Sequence record: OR352956.1
Direction: 5' to 3' (one strand)
Length of the DNA stretch: 64,000 bases
From: Escherichia phage AV126
Under the pieces are notes generated by a model. That model did no database searches. It had not been told where the DNA came from and saw only the letters and a program-made list of their open reading frames with translations. Position numbers and translations under genes: made by a program. How positions within the stretch are numbered: the stretch's first letter is position 1; the number at the start of each line of letters is the position of its first letter. Below are positions 57,198 to 64,000 of the stretch, piece after piece.

Positions 57198-57358
57198 GTT
57201 TTACCATTATCAACCAAGGTTTTTGCTACAGCATACTCCTTCCCATTAATAATGAAATAATAAACTATAAAAGATTTTCCGATTGTTACTGTCTTAGTAA
57301 CCTCTACACGTTTAACACCTTGCATGTATTTCGCCTTACCGGAATAAAGTAAAATCAT
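57176..57358 (-). CDS. hypothetical protein (60 aa)
   Basis: ORF in operon. Confidence 0.4.
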   Translation of the reverse strand: MILLYSGKAKYMQGVKRVEVTKTVTIGKSFIVYYFIINGKEYAVAKTLVDNGKTWKVEAL

Positions 57359-57636
57359 TTTGCATTCCTCTTATTGTTGATAACATCCATAGTAGTATAT
57401 GGTTTATTAGTGCCATGATACTCCAGAATCATTGGAGAGCCTTCTTGCACTACTTCAAAAATACCATAAACAGAACTTTCAGCAAATACCATTTGCTTCG
57501 TGCCTTCATCGTTTACAACGAGAGAAAACTTCTTGCCTGTCCCGTTGAGGATCTCGTATTTCTTGCCAGCAGTGAATAATCCAGAGTACCACTCATTATC
57601 TGTTGCTTTTACACACTTCAGGAAAGTCTTGATCAT
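57355..57636 (-). CDS. hypothetical protein (93 aa)
   Basis: coupled ORF. Confidence 0.45.
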   Translation of the reverse strand: MIKTFLKCVKATDNEWYSGLFTAGKKYEILNGTGKKFSLVVNDEGTKQMVFAESSVYGIFEVVQEGSPMILEYHGTNKPYTTMDVINNKRNAK

Positions 57637-57986
57637 TTCTTTTTGCTCCTCTTTTTAGATTTCTCATACAAACCTAACACAGCCGCTTCTTTTGCACAAG
57701 TAGGAACTGAAGTCATTCCTCTTCTTTTTGCTTCTGGTAGTTGCAAAGTCCATATTCCCCACCAATAAATTTGGTCTGCCGTGAGTGGTTCAGCCATTGG
57801 ATCTGCCTCCTGCTCCTCAAGACGTTGCAACGCTTCTTCAATCTTCTCGATTGGTGTGTCAAAGACGAATGCCTCCGTATCAAATTTATCTTTCTTAGGA
57901 ACTGATTTAGCTACTTTGAGAACCTCGTTTTTCGGTTTCTTAGTAACGTTCTTTGGCTTTGATAACTTCTTCGGTGTTTTCGCCAC
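57633..57986 (-). CDS. hypothetical basic protein (Lys-rich termini)
   Basis: KKPK-rich N- and C-termini suggest nucleic-acid binding. Confidence 0.45.
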   Translation of the reverse strand: MAKTPKKLSKPKNVTKKPKNEVLKVAKSVPKKDKFDTEAFVFDTPIEKIEEALQRLEEQEADPMAEPLTADQIYWWGIWTLQLPEAKRRGMTSVPTCAKEAAVLGLYEKSKKRSKKK

Positions 57987-58179
57987 TTACTACCTCCATA
58001 CGATCTAAAAAGTCATTCACAAATCTCCAGTAACGTTGACCTGTTCTAAGATCTTCATAGATAACCACAGGATCAAACACTTTAGATATTCCGGCAGGTT
58101 TTGGAAATTCCACTACTGTATATAAACCACCTTTTGCTACACAAGAATAGGTTACGCCTGTAATTGGATAGTTGCTCAT
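57940..58179 (-). CDS. hypothetical protein (79 aa)
   Basis: ORF in operon. Confidence 0.4.
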   Translation of the reverse strand: MSNYPITGVTYSCVAKGGLYTVVEFPKPAGISKVFDPVVIYEDLRTGQRYWRFVNDFLDRMEVVSGENTEEVIKAKERY

Positions 58180-58370
58180 TTCTTTACGTACTCCATGATT
58201 GGGGTATGGTCGCCAGTAAGCGTAACACGGCTGTAGGACACATCTTGTGTCTTCAATGTATCAATCCACTCTAAGAAGTGTTCTTTCGCTTCTGTGTAGT
58301 TCTGTGTGCCTTTAACAACGTGTATACCATCTAGGGTTACACGAAATACCATTTGAATAACGTCTTTCAT
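58176..58370 (-). CDS. hypothetical protein (64 aa)
   Basis: coupled ORF. Confidence 0.4.
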   Translation of the reverse strand: MKDVIQMVFRVTLDGIHVVKGTQNYTEAKEHFLEWIDTLKTQDVSYSRVTLTGDHTPIMEYVKK

Positions 58371-58466
58371 TTCTTACCTCCTTTGTTGTCAAAGTAGCTT
58401 ACCAGAACATCGTGAACCACACACATGGCAAAAATCAGAACAATTGTTGCCAGGATTGGGTTCTCA

Positions 58467-58790
58467 CTAATTAGTGCTATCATCTTTAACCACCTCCAAT
58501 TGCCTTTCGAGTTTGACTCTGTTTGAGAACTGATAATGACACAACTTACATTGCATGTCAACAATCTGATCGTGATTTAACCCTACAATTTTAACTTCCT
58601 TTGCACCATCCCACTCCAAATACTCAAAGCCATCCAAATGATTACTCTTGTCCAACAGGAATGCTATCTGCTGCCATTCAATCTGAATATCATTTAAATG
58701 ATATGCTGCACAGAAGATATCCTCATAGTAAAAGACGATCATTGTCATTGCTTCGTCTAGTACAACTACCTCTTGTCTTGTAAATCTCAC
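58467..58790 (-). CDS. hypothetical protein (107 aa, GTG start), first gene of the minus-strand block
   Basis: AGGAGG SD upstream of GTG. Confidence 0.45.
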   Translation of the reverse strand: MRFTRQEVVVLDEAMTMIVFYYEDIFCAAYHLNDIQIEWQQIAFLLDKSNHLDGFEYLEWDGAKEVKIVGLNHDQIVDMQCKLCHYQFSNRVKLERQLEVVKDDSTN

Positions 58791-59039
58791 TCTAGCCTCC
58801 TAAACGCGTCTCTGACGCACTTTTTATATATAAGATGATAAATCACCTTACCTAGTAAGTAAACTTGCTCTACGAGCCTCTTATGAAGCTTGTGTTATAG
58901 GCTATACTATTGCTACCTGTTTAAGCAAGGTTTTGCACACAGAAAATAATTTTTAATAAAACTCTTGACTTTTGTGTTCGAAGTATGCTACCCTAGAAAT
59001 CTATTAACGAGCGCAGCGAGTTAAGGTTTTAGGTTGTTG

Positions 59040-59230
59040 ATGTAGTACTCTGTACTCAAGTACTGTACTCCGTACTAGATTAATAATTATTAAATATTAA
59101 TAATAAATAATTATTAGATCTAACGAACAGGTACAGTGTATCAGAACTGGTACGTACAGATCAACTTCTATCAATTAAAAATAAAATAATAAATTATTAT
59201 AAATAATACTTGATCTATAGATCAGTATGA
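59040..59230. repeat. GTACT-repeat and palindrome cluster in divergent intergenic region (candidate origin or control region)
   Basis: five GTACT units within 59044-59078; perfect palindromes TTAATAATTATTAA (59080-59093) and TGATCTATAGATCA (59211-59224). Confidence 0.55.
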
Positions 59231-59270
59231 AGTACAGTACGTAACATCTTAACAAGAATGGAGGTGTACA

Positions 59271-59456
59271 ATGATTAGTGAGAATCCGTGCAAATGGCAT
59301 CATGTGCCTATTAAAGATTGTATGTCTTGTAATCCACGTTCTATTTATAACATTGCATCTTATGATGATGACAATGTGTTAGACGATGATGAAGGCTGGG
59401 AGGATTTAGATTGGACTGATTATGAAACCAAAAAGGATAAAATTATTCCTAGTTGA
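59271..59456 (+). CDS. hypothetical acidic protein (61 aa)
   Basis: GGAGGTG SD. Confidence 0.45.
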   Translation: MISENPCKWHHVPIKDCMSCNPRSIYNIASYDDDNVLDDDEGWEDLDWTDYETKKDKIIPS

Positions 59457-59493
59457 CTTAAGATATCCTTCGTGCTAAACTAGAAGTGAGGAG

Positions 59494-59745
59494 ATGCCGA
59501 TCACTCCCCATTTGGGGTTCGAAGGATATATGCAAAATAGTTTTTATTTTAGGTGCCGTGCTTGTAATAGGCATTTGACAAACCACTCCAGACGTGATAA
59601 AAATGGAGTCATCAAGGAATCAGACCTCTGTTCTATTTGCACAGGTTTGGCTTTTGATGATAGTCCCGAAAGGGTTTATCAGCATCAATGTATAACAGAC
59701 GTTCTCGTGTCAAACTTGGTAGAGGACGAACAACTAACAGATTAG
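59494..59745 (+). CDS. hypothetical zinc-ribbon protein (83 aa)
   Basis: CRACNRH ... CSICTG Cys pairs. Confidence 0.45.
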   Translation: MPITPHLGFEGYMQNSFYFRCRACNRHLTNHSRRDKNGVIKESDLCSICTGLAFDDSPERVYQHQCITDVLVSNLVEDEQLTD

Positions 59746-59753
59746 GAGGAACA

Positions 59754-60002
59754 ATGTCTCTATTAGAAAAACACGTGTTTGAAGATGGTAACGGCAATGC
59801 AGTTTTTCTTTTCCATCCAGAAAAATACACATCTGAAAACAATGGTACAACTTCTATTGTAATCACTAAAGATGTTAAAGTTATTGATTTCTTGGCTCTG
59901 ATGCGAGAGATGGATCTTGAAATTAATACTTTTAACGCAGAAGCTTTGGTTGTTGCTCTTCTGGAAAAGAAAGATAGTGAAGAAGTAGCAGAATATGCTT
60001 AA
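59754..60002 (+). CDS. hypothetical protein
   Basis: ORF 59688..60002 trimmed to ATG at 59754 with AGGAGGA SD. Confidence 0.45.
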   Translation: MSLLEKHVFEDGNGNAVFLFHPEKYTSENNGTTSIVITKDVKVIDFLALMREMDLEINTFNAEALVVALLEKKDSEEVAEYA

Positions 60003-60248
60003 ATAACTATTGACAAACGTATCCTTCATATGTTAGGATACGTTCATCAAGTGTGGTAACAGGGTCGTTGACTTTTGTTAAGAGGGGCTTGCACTGCGGT
60101 AGTGTTAGAGACTACTTCTTCAGAGGTTAGCTACCAAAGAGGAAAAGGAATAGTCTCGGCTCAAGAACTTTTACGCTGAAAGTTGGGCTTGGTCTTAGAG
60201 AATGTAGCGGTTCTCTACAATCGTCAGCGTCTCTGTTACCACATTTAT

Positions 60249-60323
60249 GGCCCTGTAGCTCAATGGGAGAGCTGTCGGCTCATAACCGATAGGTAGCTGG
60301 ATCGAAACCAGCCAGGGCCACCA
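60249..60323 (+). tRNA. tRNA with CAT anticodon (Met or lysidine-Ile2 type)
   Basis: cloverleaf folded by eye: acceptor GGCCCTG/CAGGGCC, anticodon loop CTCATAA, T-arm GCTGG-ATCGAAA-CCAGC, CCA encoded. Confidence 0.7.
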
Positions 60324-60325
60324 AC

Positions 60326-60400
60326 GTCTTTATGGTGTAATGGATAGCACAGGAGTCTTCTAAACTCTTAGTCAAGGTTCGATTCCTTGTAAAGACACCA
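60326..60400 (+). tRNA. tRNA-Arg (TCT)
   Basis: acceptor GTCTTTA/TAAAGAC, anticodon loop CTTCTAA, T-loop TTCGATT, CCA encoded. Confidence 0.7.
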
Positions 60401-60645
60401 GAACATTTTAACATGAATTAGCTCAAGTGATTTGAACCCACTACTGATCATGGTGGCAGAGAATGAGGCAAGTATGTCAGACATTATAAACAAAGGCCAC
60501 GGTTATATTAGAAGACATAAATGCTCGAAGAGCACCGTTCGTGGAGAACGGGGGTTGGTGGAGTCACCATTCATGGTAAAATGTTTTAAAAAACTATTGA
60601 CAACAAACATTATTTTATGTTAGATTATAAGTATGGAAGGGCAAA

Positions 60646-60727
60646 TCGACGTGGCGACGAAAACGGTCTTGAAAACCGCCGAGCTTGAAAGAGCCTTGGG
60701 AGTTCGACTCTCCCTCCTTCAGCCAGA
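60646..60727 (+). tRNA. tRNA-like element, possibly degenerate tRNA-Ser (TGA)
   Basis: canonical T-arm GGGAG-TTCGACT-CTCCC and candidate anticodon loop CTTGAAA, but imperfect acceptor and D arms; promoter-like TTGACA at 60597. Confidence 0.3.
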
Positions 60728-60729
60728 TT

Positions 60730-60815
60730 AGGTAGATTGGTGAAATGGTAGCCACGACAGTTTGCTAAACTGTAGTCGGAAACGGCGTGTAGGTTCGAGT
60801 CCTACATCTACCGCC
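60730..60815 (+). tRNA. tRNA-Ser (GCT)
   Basis: acceptor GGTAGAT/ATCTACC, anticodon loop TTGCTAA, long variable arm, G discriminator, CCA encoded. Confidence 0.7.
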
Positions 60816-60946
60816 AAGTTCTTTTTAATGTAGCTTACTTTAGCAGAGTAAATCTTCGGCAAGTGGCGGTAACCACTTTACCGATAACTCATAGTTAGTG
60901 GTGCGAACACTGGCTATTTTAAAAAGAATTTAAATATTAGTATTTA

Positions 60947-61034
60947 GGTGAGTTAATTCCGTAGGGGTAGCGGGGCAGACTGTAAATCTGTTATCATTGC
61001 GATTCGGGTGGTTCGACTCCATCACTCACCACCA
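60947..61034 (+). tRNA. tRNA-Tyr (GTA)
   Basis: acceptor GGTGAGT/ACTCACC, anticodon loop CTGTAAA, long variable arm, T-loop TTCGACT. Confidence 0.7.
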
Positions 61035-61040
61035 AATTAA

Positions 61041-61126
61041 GATGAGTTGGCTGAATGGTTTAAGCGGCGGACTGTTAATCCGTGTTCGAAAGAACAATAT
61101 AGGTTCGAATCCTATACTCATCGCCA
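61041..61126 (+). tRNA. type-II (long variable arm) tRNA with GTT (Asn) anticodon
   Basis: perfect acceptor GATGAGT/ACTCATC, Ser-like D arm, anticodon arm GCGGA-CTGTTAA-TCCGT, variable hairpin GTTC-GAAA-GAAC, T-arm ATAGG-TTCGAAT-CCTAT, G discriminator. Confidence 0.55.
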
Positions 61127-61133
61127 GAATTAT

Positions 61134-61211
61134 GGACTTGTAGAGTTAAGGTAAACCCCCCAGTCGCCAATAGGCTTCTGGAATTGCAGGTATCGAATCC
61201 TGCCGAGTCCC
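61134..61211 (+). ncRNA. tRNA-like element, unresolved
   Basis: 7-bp acceptor-like pairing GGACTTG/CGAGTCC and T-arm-like GCAGG...CCTGC but no canonical anticodon arm found by eye. Confidence 0.25.
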
Positions 61212-61217
61212 AGCATT

Positions 61218-61292
61218 GCTCCTATAGTATAATGGCTATTACAACGGTTTTGTAATCCGTGGATCTCTGTTCGATTCAGTGTGGGAGCACCA
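61218..61292 (+). tRNA. tRNA-Thr (TGT)
   Basis: acceptor GCTCCTA/TGGGAGC, anticodon loop TTTGTAA (one mismatch in anticodon stem), CCA encoded. Confidence 0.55.
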
Positions 61293-61565
61293 ACACAACA
61301 TTAAGAGCACTGTGATTGATCGTCGTATCCTGTGCACAAGGTCTGCTCGAAAGACAGTGTTCTTAGTATTGTGTTGATCACAAAAAGAGTCACCCGAAAC
61401 TTGACCGGAGTAGGGTTGGATGGGGAAAAATGAGAAGCGGCTCTCCCATTGACAGCAACGAAGAATAATATTTGACTTTGGTTTTGTATTATTTTAAGTT
61501 AGCTTACCGAACGTAGGGCTAGTCACCCAACGGGATACTCGTCACTGTCCCAATCAATAAAAGTC

Positions 61566-61595
61566 TTGACAACAAATAGTAAAATGTAGTATAGT
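61566..61595 (+). promoter_or_regulatory. sigma70-like promoter (TTGACA - 18 nt - TATAGT) driving the downstream tRNA group
   Basis: consensus -35 and near-consensus -10 about 11 nt upstream of tRNA-Gly. Confidence 0.6.
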
Positions 61596-61606
61596 AAATA
61601 TATAGG

Positions 61607-61680
61607 GCGTTCTTGGTGTAGCGGTAGCATTCCGTCCTTCCAAGTCGGCGGCACGAGTTCGATCCTCGTAGAACGCTCCA
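61607..61680 (+). tRNA. tRNA-Gly (TCC)
   Basis: acceptor GCGTTCT/AGAACGC, anticodon loop CTTCCAA, U discriminator, CCA encoded. Confidence 0.65.
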
Positions 61681-61778
61681 AATTATTTAATAAAGGGTTG
61701 CCAGAAAACTTTCTCTTTTACTCATGGTTTTCTCCTTCTCTCACACTTCTTCTGGTTGCCCTTCATTAAATGATTTAT

Positions 61779-61854
61779 TGGTTTGTAGTGTAGTCCGGTA
61801 GCACACGACACTTTGACTGTCGTAGGTTTGGTTCAAATCCAGACAGACCAGCCA
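61779..61854 (+). tRNA. tRNA-Gln (TTG)
   Basis: acceptor TGGTTTG/CAGACCA with U1-A72, anticodon stem CGACA/TGTCG, loop CTTTGAC, G discriminator. Confidence 0.7.
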
Positions 61855-61859
61855 TATAA

Positions 61860-61936
61860 CGGAATTTAGCTCAGTTTGGTAGAGCATACGCTTTGGGAGC
61901 GTAGGGTCGCAGGTTCGAATCCTGCAATTCCGACCA
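61860..61936 (+). tRNA. tRNA-Pro (TGG)
   Basis: acceptor CGGAATT/AATTCCG, D arm GCTC-AGTTTGGTA-GAGC, anticodon loop TTTGGGA, T-loop TTCGAAT. Confidence 0.75.
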
Positions 61937-61942
61937 ATTTAA

Positions 61943-62016
61943 TGTTTCGTAGTTCAATGGTAGAACCCACGACTGATAATCGTGAGACACAAGTTCGATT
62001 CTTGTCGAAACAACCA
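61943..62016 (+). tRNA. tRNA-Ile (GAT)
   Basis: acceptor TGTTTCG/CGAAACA, anticodon stem CACGA/TCGTG, loop CTGATAA, T-loop TTCGATT. Confidence 0.75.
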
Positions 62017-62018
62017 GT

Positions 62019-62091
62019 TTCCCGTTAGACTTACAGGATAAGAGTTCCACAGCTTATTGTGATGCTGGTTCGAATCCAGCACGGGATACCC
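62019..62091 (+). ncRNA. tRNA-like element, anticodon unresolved
   Basis: canonical T-arm GCTGG-TTCGAAT-CCAGC and acceptor-like TTCCCGT/ACGGGAT, but D and anticodon arms could not be folded by eye. Confidence 0.3.
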
Positions 62092-62094
62092 AAT

Positions 62095-62174
62095 AGCGGG
62101 ATAGAGGAGTCTGGTCGTCCTCGCCAGTTTCATATGCTGGAGATCATCGGTTCGAATCCGATTCCCGCCTCCAA
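62095..62174 (+). tRNA. tRNA-Met (CAT), 1:72 mismatch
   Basis: acceptor AGCGGGA/TCCCGCC with unpaired A1/C72, anticodon stem CCAGT/GCTGG, loop TTCATAT, T-loop TTCGAAT. Confidence 0.6.
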
Positions 62175-62288
62175 ATATCGCTTGCCAGCGGTATCTTTGA
62201 AGACCTTGCCTGGTTCCTTCTAAGATGGAGGGGTGCGACTCCTTAACGCACAATTATAATAAAGCATTTCAACTTAACAGTATTTATT

Positions 62289-62313
62289 AGCCTCCTTATT
62301 GGAGGCTTTTTGC
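62289..62313 (+). terminator. rho-independent terminator closing the tRNA cluster
   Basis: AGCCTCC-TTAT-TGGAGGCT hairpin plus TTTTTG. Confidence 0.65.
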
Positions 62314-62330
62314 TATCTATTGAATAAAAC

Positions 62331-62360
62331 TTGACTTATTATTTTTTATATGTTAAGATA
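62331..62360 (+). promoter_or_regulatory. sigma70-like promoter (TTGACT - 18 nt - TAAGAT)
   Basis: -35/-10-like hexamers upstream of gene 62381. Confidence 0.5.
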
Positions 62361-62380
62361 AAGTTTAGGAGGATTTTATT

Positions 62381-62677
62381 ATGCCTAAACTAAAACGTGG
62401 TCGTGGAAGACCAACAGCCGAAATGCAACAGATTTACGCAATGGATGCGGCGCAAGCAAGTGTAAAAGAATTATTTGCAGAGCATTATTTAGAAGCTATG
62501 CGGTATATTGTTGAACTTGTTAATGATAAGGATGCAGCAAAACCTCTCCGCTTCCAAGCAGCTAAAGCTATTAAAGAGCAAGTAGAAGAATGGTTAGAAG
62601 AACATTATGAAGCTATGGAAGAAGAAACTCCTGCCGTGCAGAATACAGATGACGTTCCTAAAAAGATCGTAATCTAA
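62381..62677 (+). CDS. hypothetical DNA-binding protein (AT-hook-like KRGRGRP)
   Basis: AGGAGGA SD; N-terminal KLKRGRGRPT motif; acidic C-terminal half. Confidence 0.5.
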   Translation: MPKLKRGRGRPTAEMQQIYAMDAAQASVKELFAEHYLEAMRYIVELVNDKDAAKPLRFQAAKAIKEQVEEWLEEHYEAMEEETPAVQNTDDVPKKIVI

Positions 62678-62724
62678 TCCCTCTCCTCTCTTGGGGCTTT
62701 GCCCCTCCTCCTTGTTATTTTTAA

Positions 62725-62757
62725 CACCCCTCTCCGAAAGGTTAGGGGCTTTTTTAT
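62725..62757 (+). terminator. putative intrinsic terminator
   Basis: CCCCTCTCCGAAAGGTTAGGGG hairpin followed by CTTTTTTATTTT. Confidence 0.5.
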
Positions 62758-62816
62758 TTTAATGCTTGCAATTGTATATCCTTTTGTGATAAGATCAGAT
62801 ATGAGGAGGATAAAAT

Positions 62817-62987
62817 ATGCGCAATTTTGTAGTTAAAAATGATTTTAACCGTTCTTCTTATCATAAAGATAAAAAGAATGATTACACACGGGCTTGGAAC
62901 TTGGAGGAAGAACTTTATGATGACAGAGAAGACGTGGGAAGAGATCCTAGCGGAGGCTCAACCAATGGAAGTGAAGAAGATAGTTAA
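62817..62987 (+). CDS. hypothetical small protein (56 aa)
   Basis: strong GAGGAGGA SD 7 nt upstream of ATG; overlaps track ORF 62839..63054 in another frame. Confidence 0.35.
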   Translation: MRNFVVKNDFNRSSYHKDKKNDYTRAWNLEEELYDDREDVGRDPSGGSTNGSEEDS

Positions 62988-63037
62988 TAATGCCCCTTCT
63001 CTTCCTAAAATAAAATTTTATGAGGAAGCAGAAGATA

Positions 63038-63430
63038 ATGAATCTAAAGACTAAAACTGTATTAGGTTTTGTTTTAATTGTTGTTCTTATTCTTACCGGA
63101 ATGTTTGCTTATAACAAGATACGTGAGTCTGGCTACAAAGATGGTGTTGCCTATCAAACGCAATTATATCAAGCAGCCCAAGCAAAAGCAAAACAGGATT
63201 TTGATGTTCTTCAAAAAAGAGCCGATGAAGAAAGAGCATTATTAAATACCCAAATAAACAACTTGTCTAAAAACAATGCACAATTAAAAGCAGATTTAGA
63301 GAAGAAGAAACAAACGATCAATGAGGATACAACGAATTATGCAAAAACTAATTCTGGCAGTATGTCTTGCTTTGCCCCTAATGATGACGGGTTGTTCATC
63401 ATCAACAAAAGTTTCCCCAGTTCTTATTGA
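63038..63430 (+). CDS. inner-membrane spanin (i-spanin, Rz-like)
   Basis: N-terminal TM helix VLGFVLIVVLILTGMF followed by coiled-coil-like Gln/Lys-rich domain; overlaps the o-spanin-like gene. Confidence 0.55.
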   Translation: MNLKTKTVLGFVLIVVLILTGMFAYNKIRESGYKDGVAYQTQLYQAAQAKAKQDFDVLQKRADEERALLNTQINNLSKNNAQLKADLEKKKQTINEDTTNYAKTNSGSMSCFAPNDDGLFIINKSFPSSY

Positions 63431-63665
63431 TGAGTGTAAGGCTGTAGCCATAGAAAAGGTTAAAGGTCCAGATTCAGACTTGATGGATAAAGTATCGACA
63501 CCTGTGCCATACACTAAAAATCAAATTGCAAAAGGGGTCAGTAGATCTGAAGTTGTTAACAATCAAACTCAAAACAACGCTCTTTGGGAGCAAGATAGAC
63601 GAAAGGTTTTAGGTTTACAAACATATATTAAAACACTGCAAGAAAAAGGTATTATTGCTGAATAA
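63339..63665 (+). CDS. outer-membrane lipoprotein spanin (o-spanin, Rz1-like)
   Basis: signal peptide with lipobox-like LMMTGC; starts inside the i-spanin gene in a different frame. Confidence 0.55.
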   Translation: MQKLILAVCLALPLMMTGCSSSTKVSPVLIDECKAVAIEKVKGPDSDLMDKVSTPVPYTKNQIAKGVSRSEVVNNQTQNNALWEQDRRKVLGLQTYIKTLQEKGIIAE

Positions 63666-63674
63666 GGAGGGAAT

Positions 63675-64000
63675 GTGGCAAAGAAAAAGGCAGCAGGTAG
63701 TTTAGCTGGAGTAGATATTGAAGTAAAGGCTCAACCAGGTAAACAGACTCTTGCAATGGATTTAATGCCAGAAGTTATGATTTATGGTGGTGCCGCTGGG
63801 TGTGTTTCTGCCGAAACAGAATATCTTACAAAAGATGGTTGGAGACAGATTAGTGAATATTCAGGAGAGGATATTTACCAATACAACCCTAAGAATAAGC
63901 GTTTAGAATTGGTAACACCTTATTTTGTAGAATACGATTTAAATGGAGATAACCTATACAGAATAACAAATGGTGTAGGATTGTTCCAAGAACTTAGTAT
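63675..64000 (+). CDS. P-loop protein, 5' fragment, with intein-like block after GGAAG (truncated by window end)
   Basis: AAGGAGGG SD then GTG; MIYGGAAG immediately followed by CVSAETEYLTKDGW, which resembles an intein N-terminal splice block. Confidence 0.4.
   Translation, partial: MAKKKAAGSLAGVDIEVKAQPGKQTLAMDLMPEVMIYGGAAGCVSAETEYLTKDGWRQISEYSGEDIYQYNPKNKRLELVTPYFVEYDLNGDNLYRITNGVGLFQELS

Noticed and set aside
60432-60623. 63 aa plus-strand ORF inside the tRNA cluster
   Set aside because: It sits between tRNA-Arg and a promoter for the next RNA element, has no SD motif, and this interval is more likely non-coding or a small RNA.
61954-62253. 99 aa minus-strand ORF from the track
   Set aside because: It lies entirely across tRNA-Ile, tRNA-Met and the tRNA-like element; its reading frame is a by-product of structured RNA genes and has no SD motif.
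1-64000. CRISPR array or rRNA genes
   Set aside because: No regularly spaced direct repeats with unique spacers and no rRNA-like conserved stretches were seen; the repeats present are palindromes, leader hairpins and tRNA genes.

Overview
This window reads as a ~64 kb segment of a virulent tailed dsDNA phage genome (AT-rich, sigma70-type promoters, a 2 kb tRNA cluster, T4-type lysozyme, class Ia ribonucleotide reductase). No rRNA, CRISPR array, integrase or transposase was seen. It falls into six blocks: (1) 1-5.8 kb, small plus-strand genes that each have their own TTGACA/TAxxxT promoter and a conserved GC-rich hairpin in the 5' leader; (2) 5.8-7.25 kb, a non-coding, strand-skewed region with nested inverted repeats; (3) 7.2-23.4 kb, a tightly packed plus-strand forest of small genes with recurring paralog families and a small serine recombinase; (4) 23.4-58.8 kb, a minus-strand block of nucleotide-metabolism and DNA-handling genes (nrdA/nrdB, thyX, phoH, lysozyme, glutaredoxin, ligase, RNase H, rdgC-like, HNH endonucleases, Dam-like and C5-MTase-like genes, Sir2-like, HslV-like) plus a complete rmlBACD dTDP-L-rhamnose pathway; (5) 59-62.3 kb, a palindrome-rich divergent control region and the tRNA cluster; (6) 62.4-64 kb, plus-strand genes including an overlapping spanin pair and a truncated P-loop protein with an intein-like block. 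The strongest candidates for an undescribed system are the phage-borne rmlBACD operon, the self-contained operon pairing a nucleotidyltransferase-like gene, a C5-MTase-like gene and a zinc-less Sir2, and the multi-copy small-protein families. All calls rest on motifs read by eye and recalled family signatures; no searches or computations were run.
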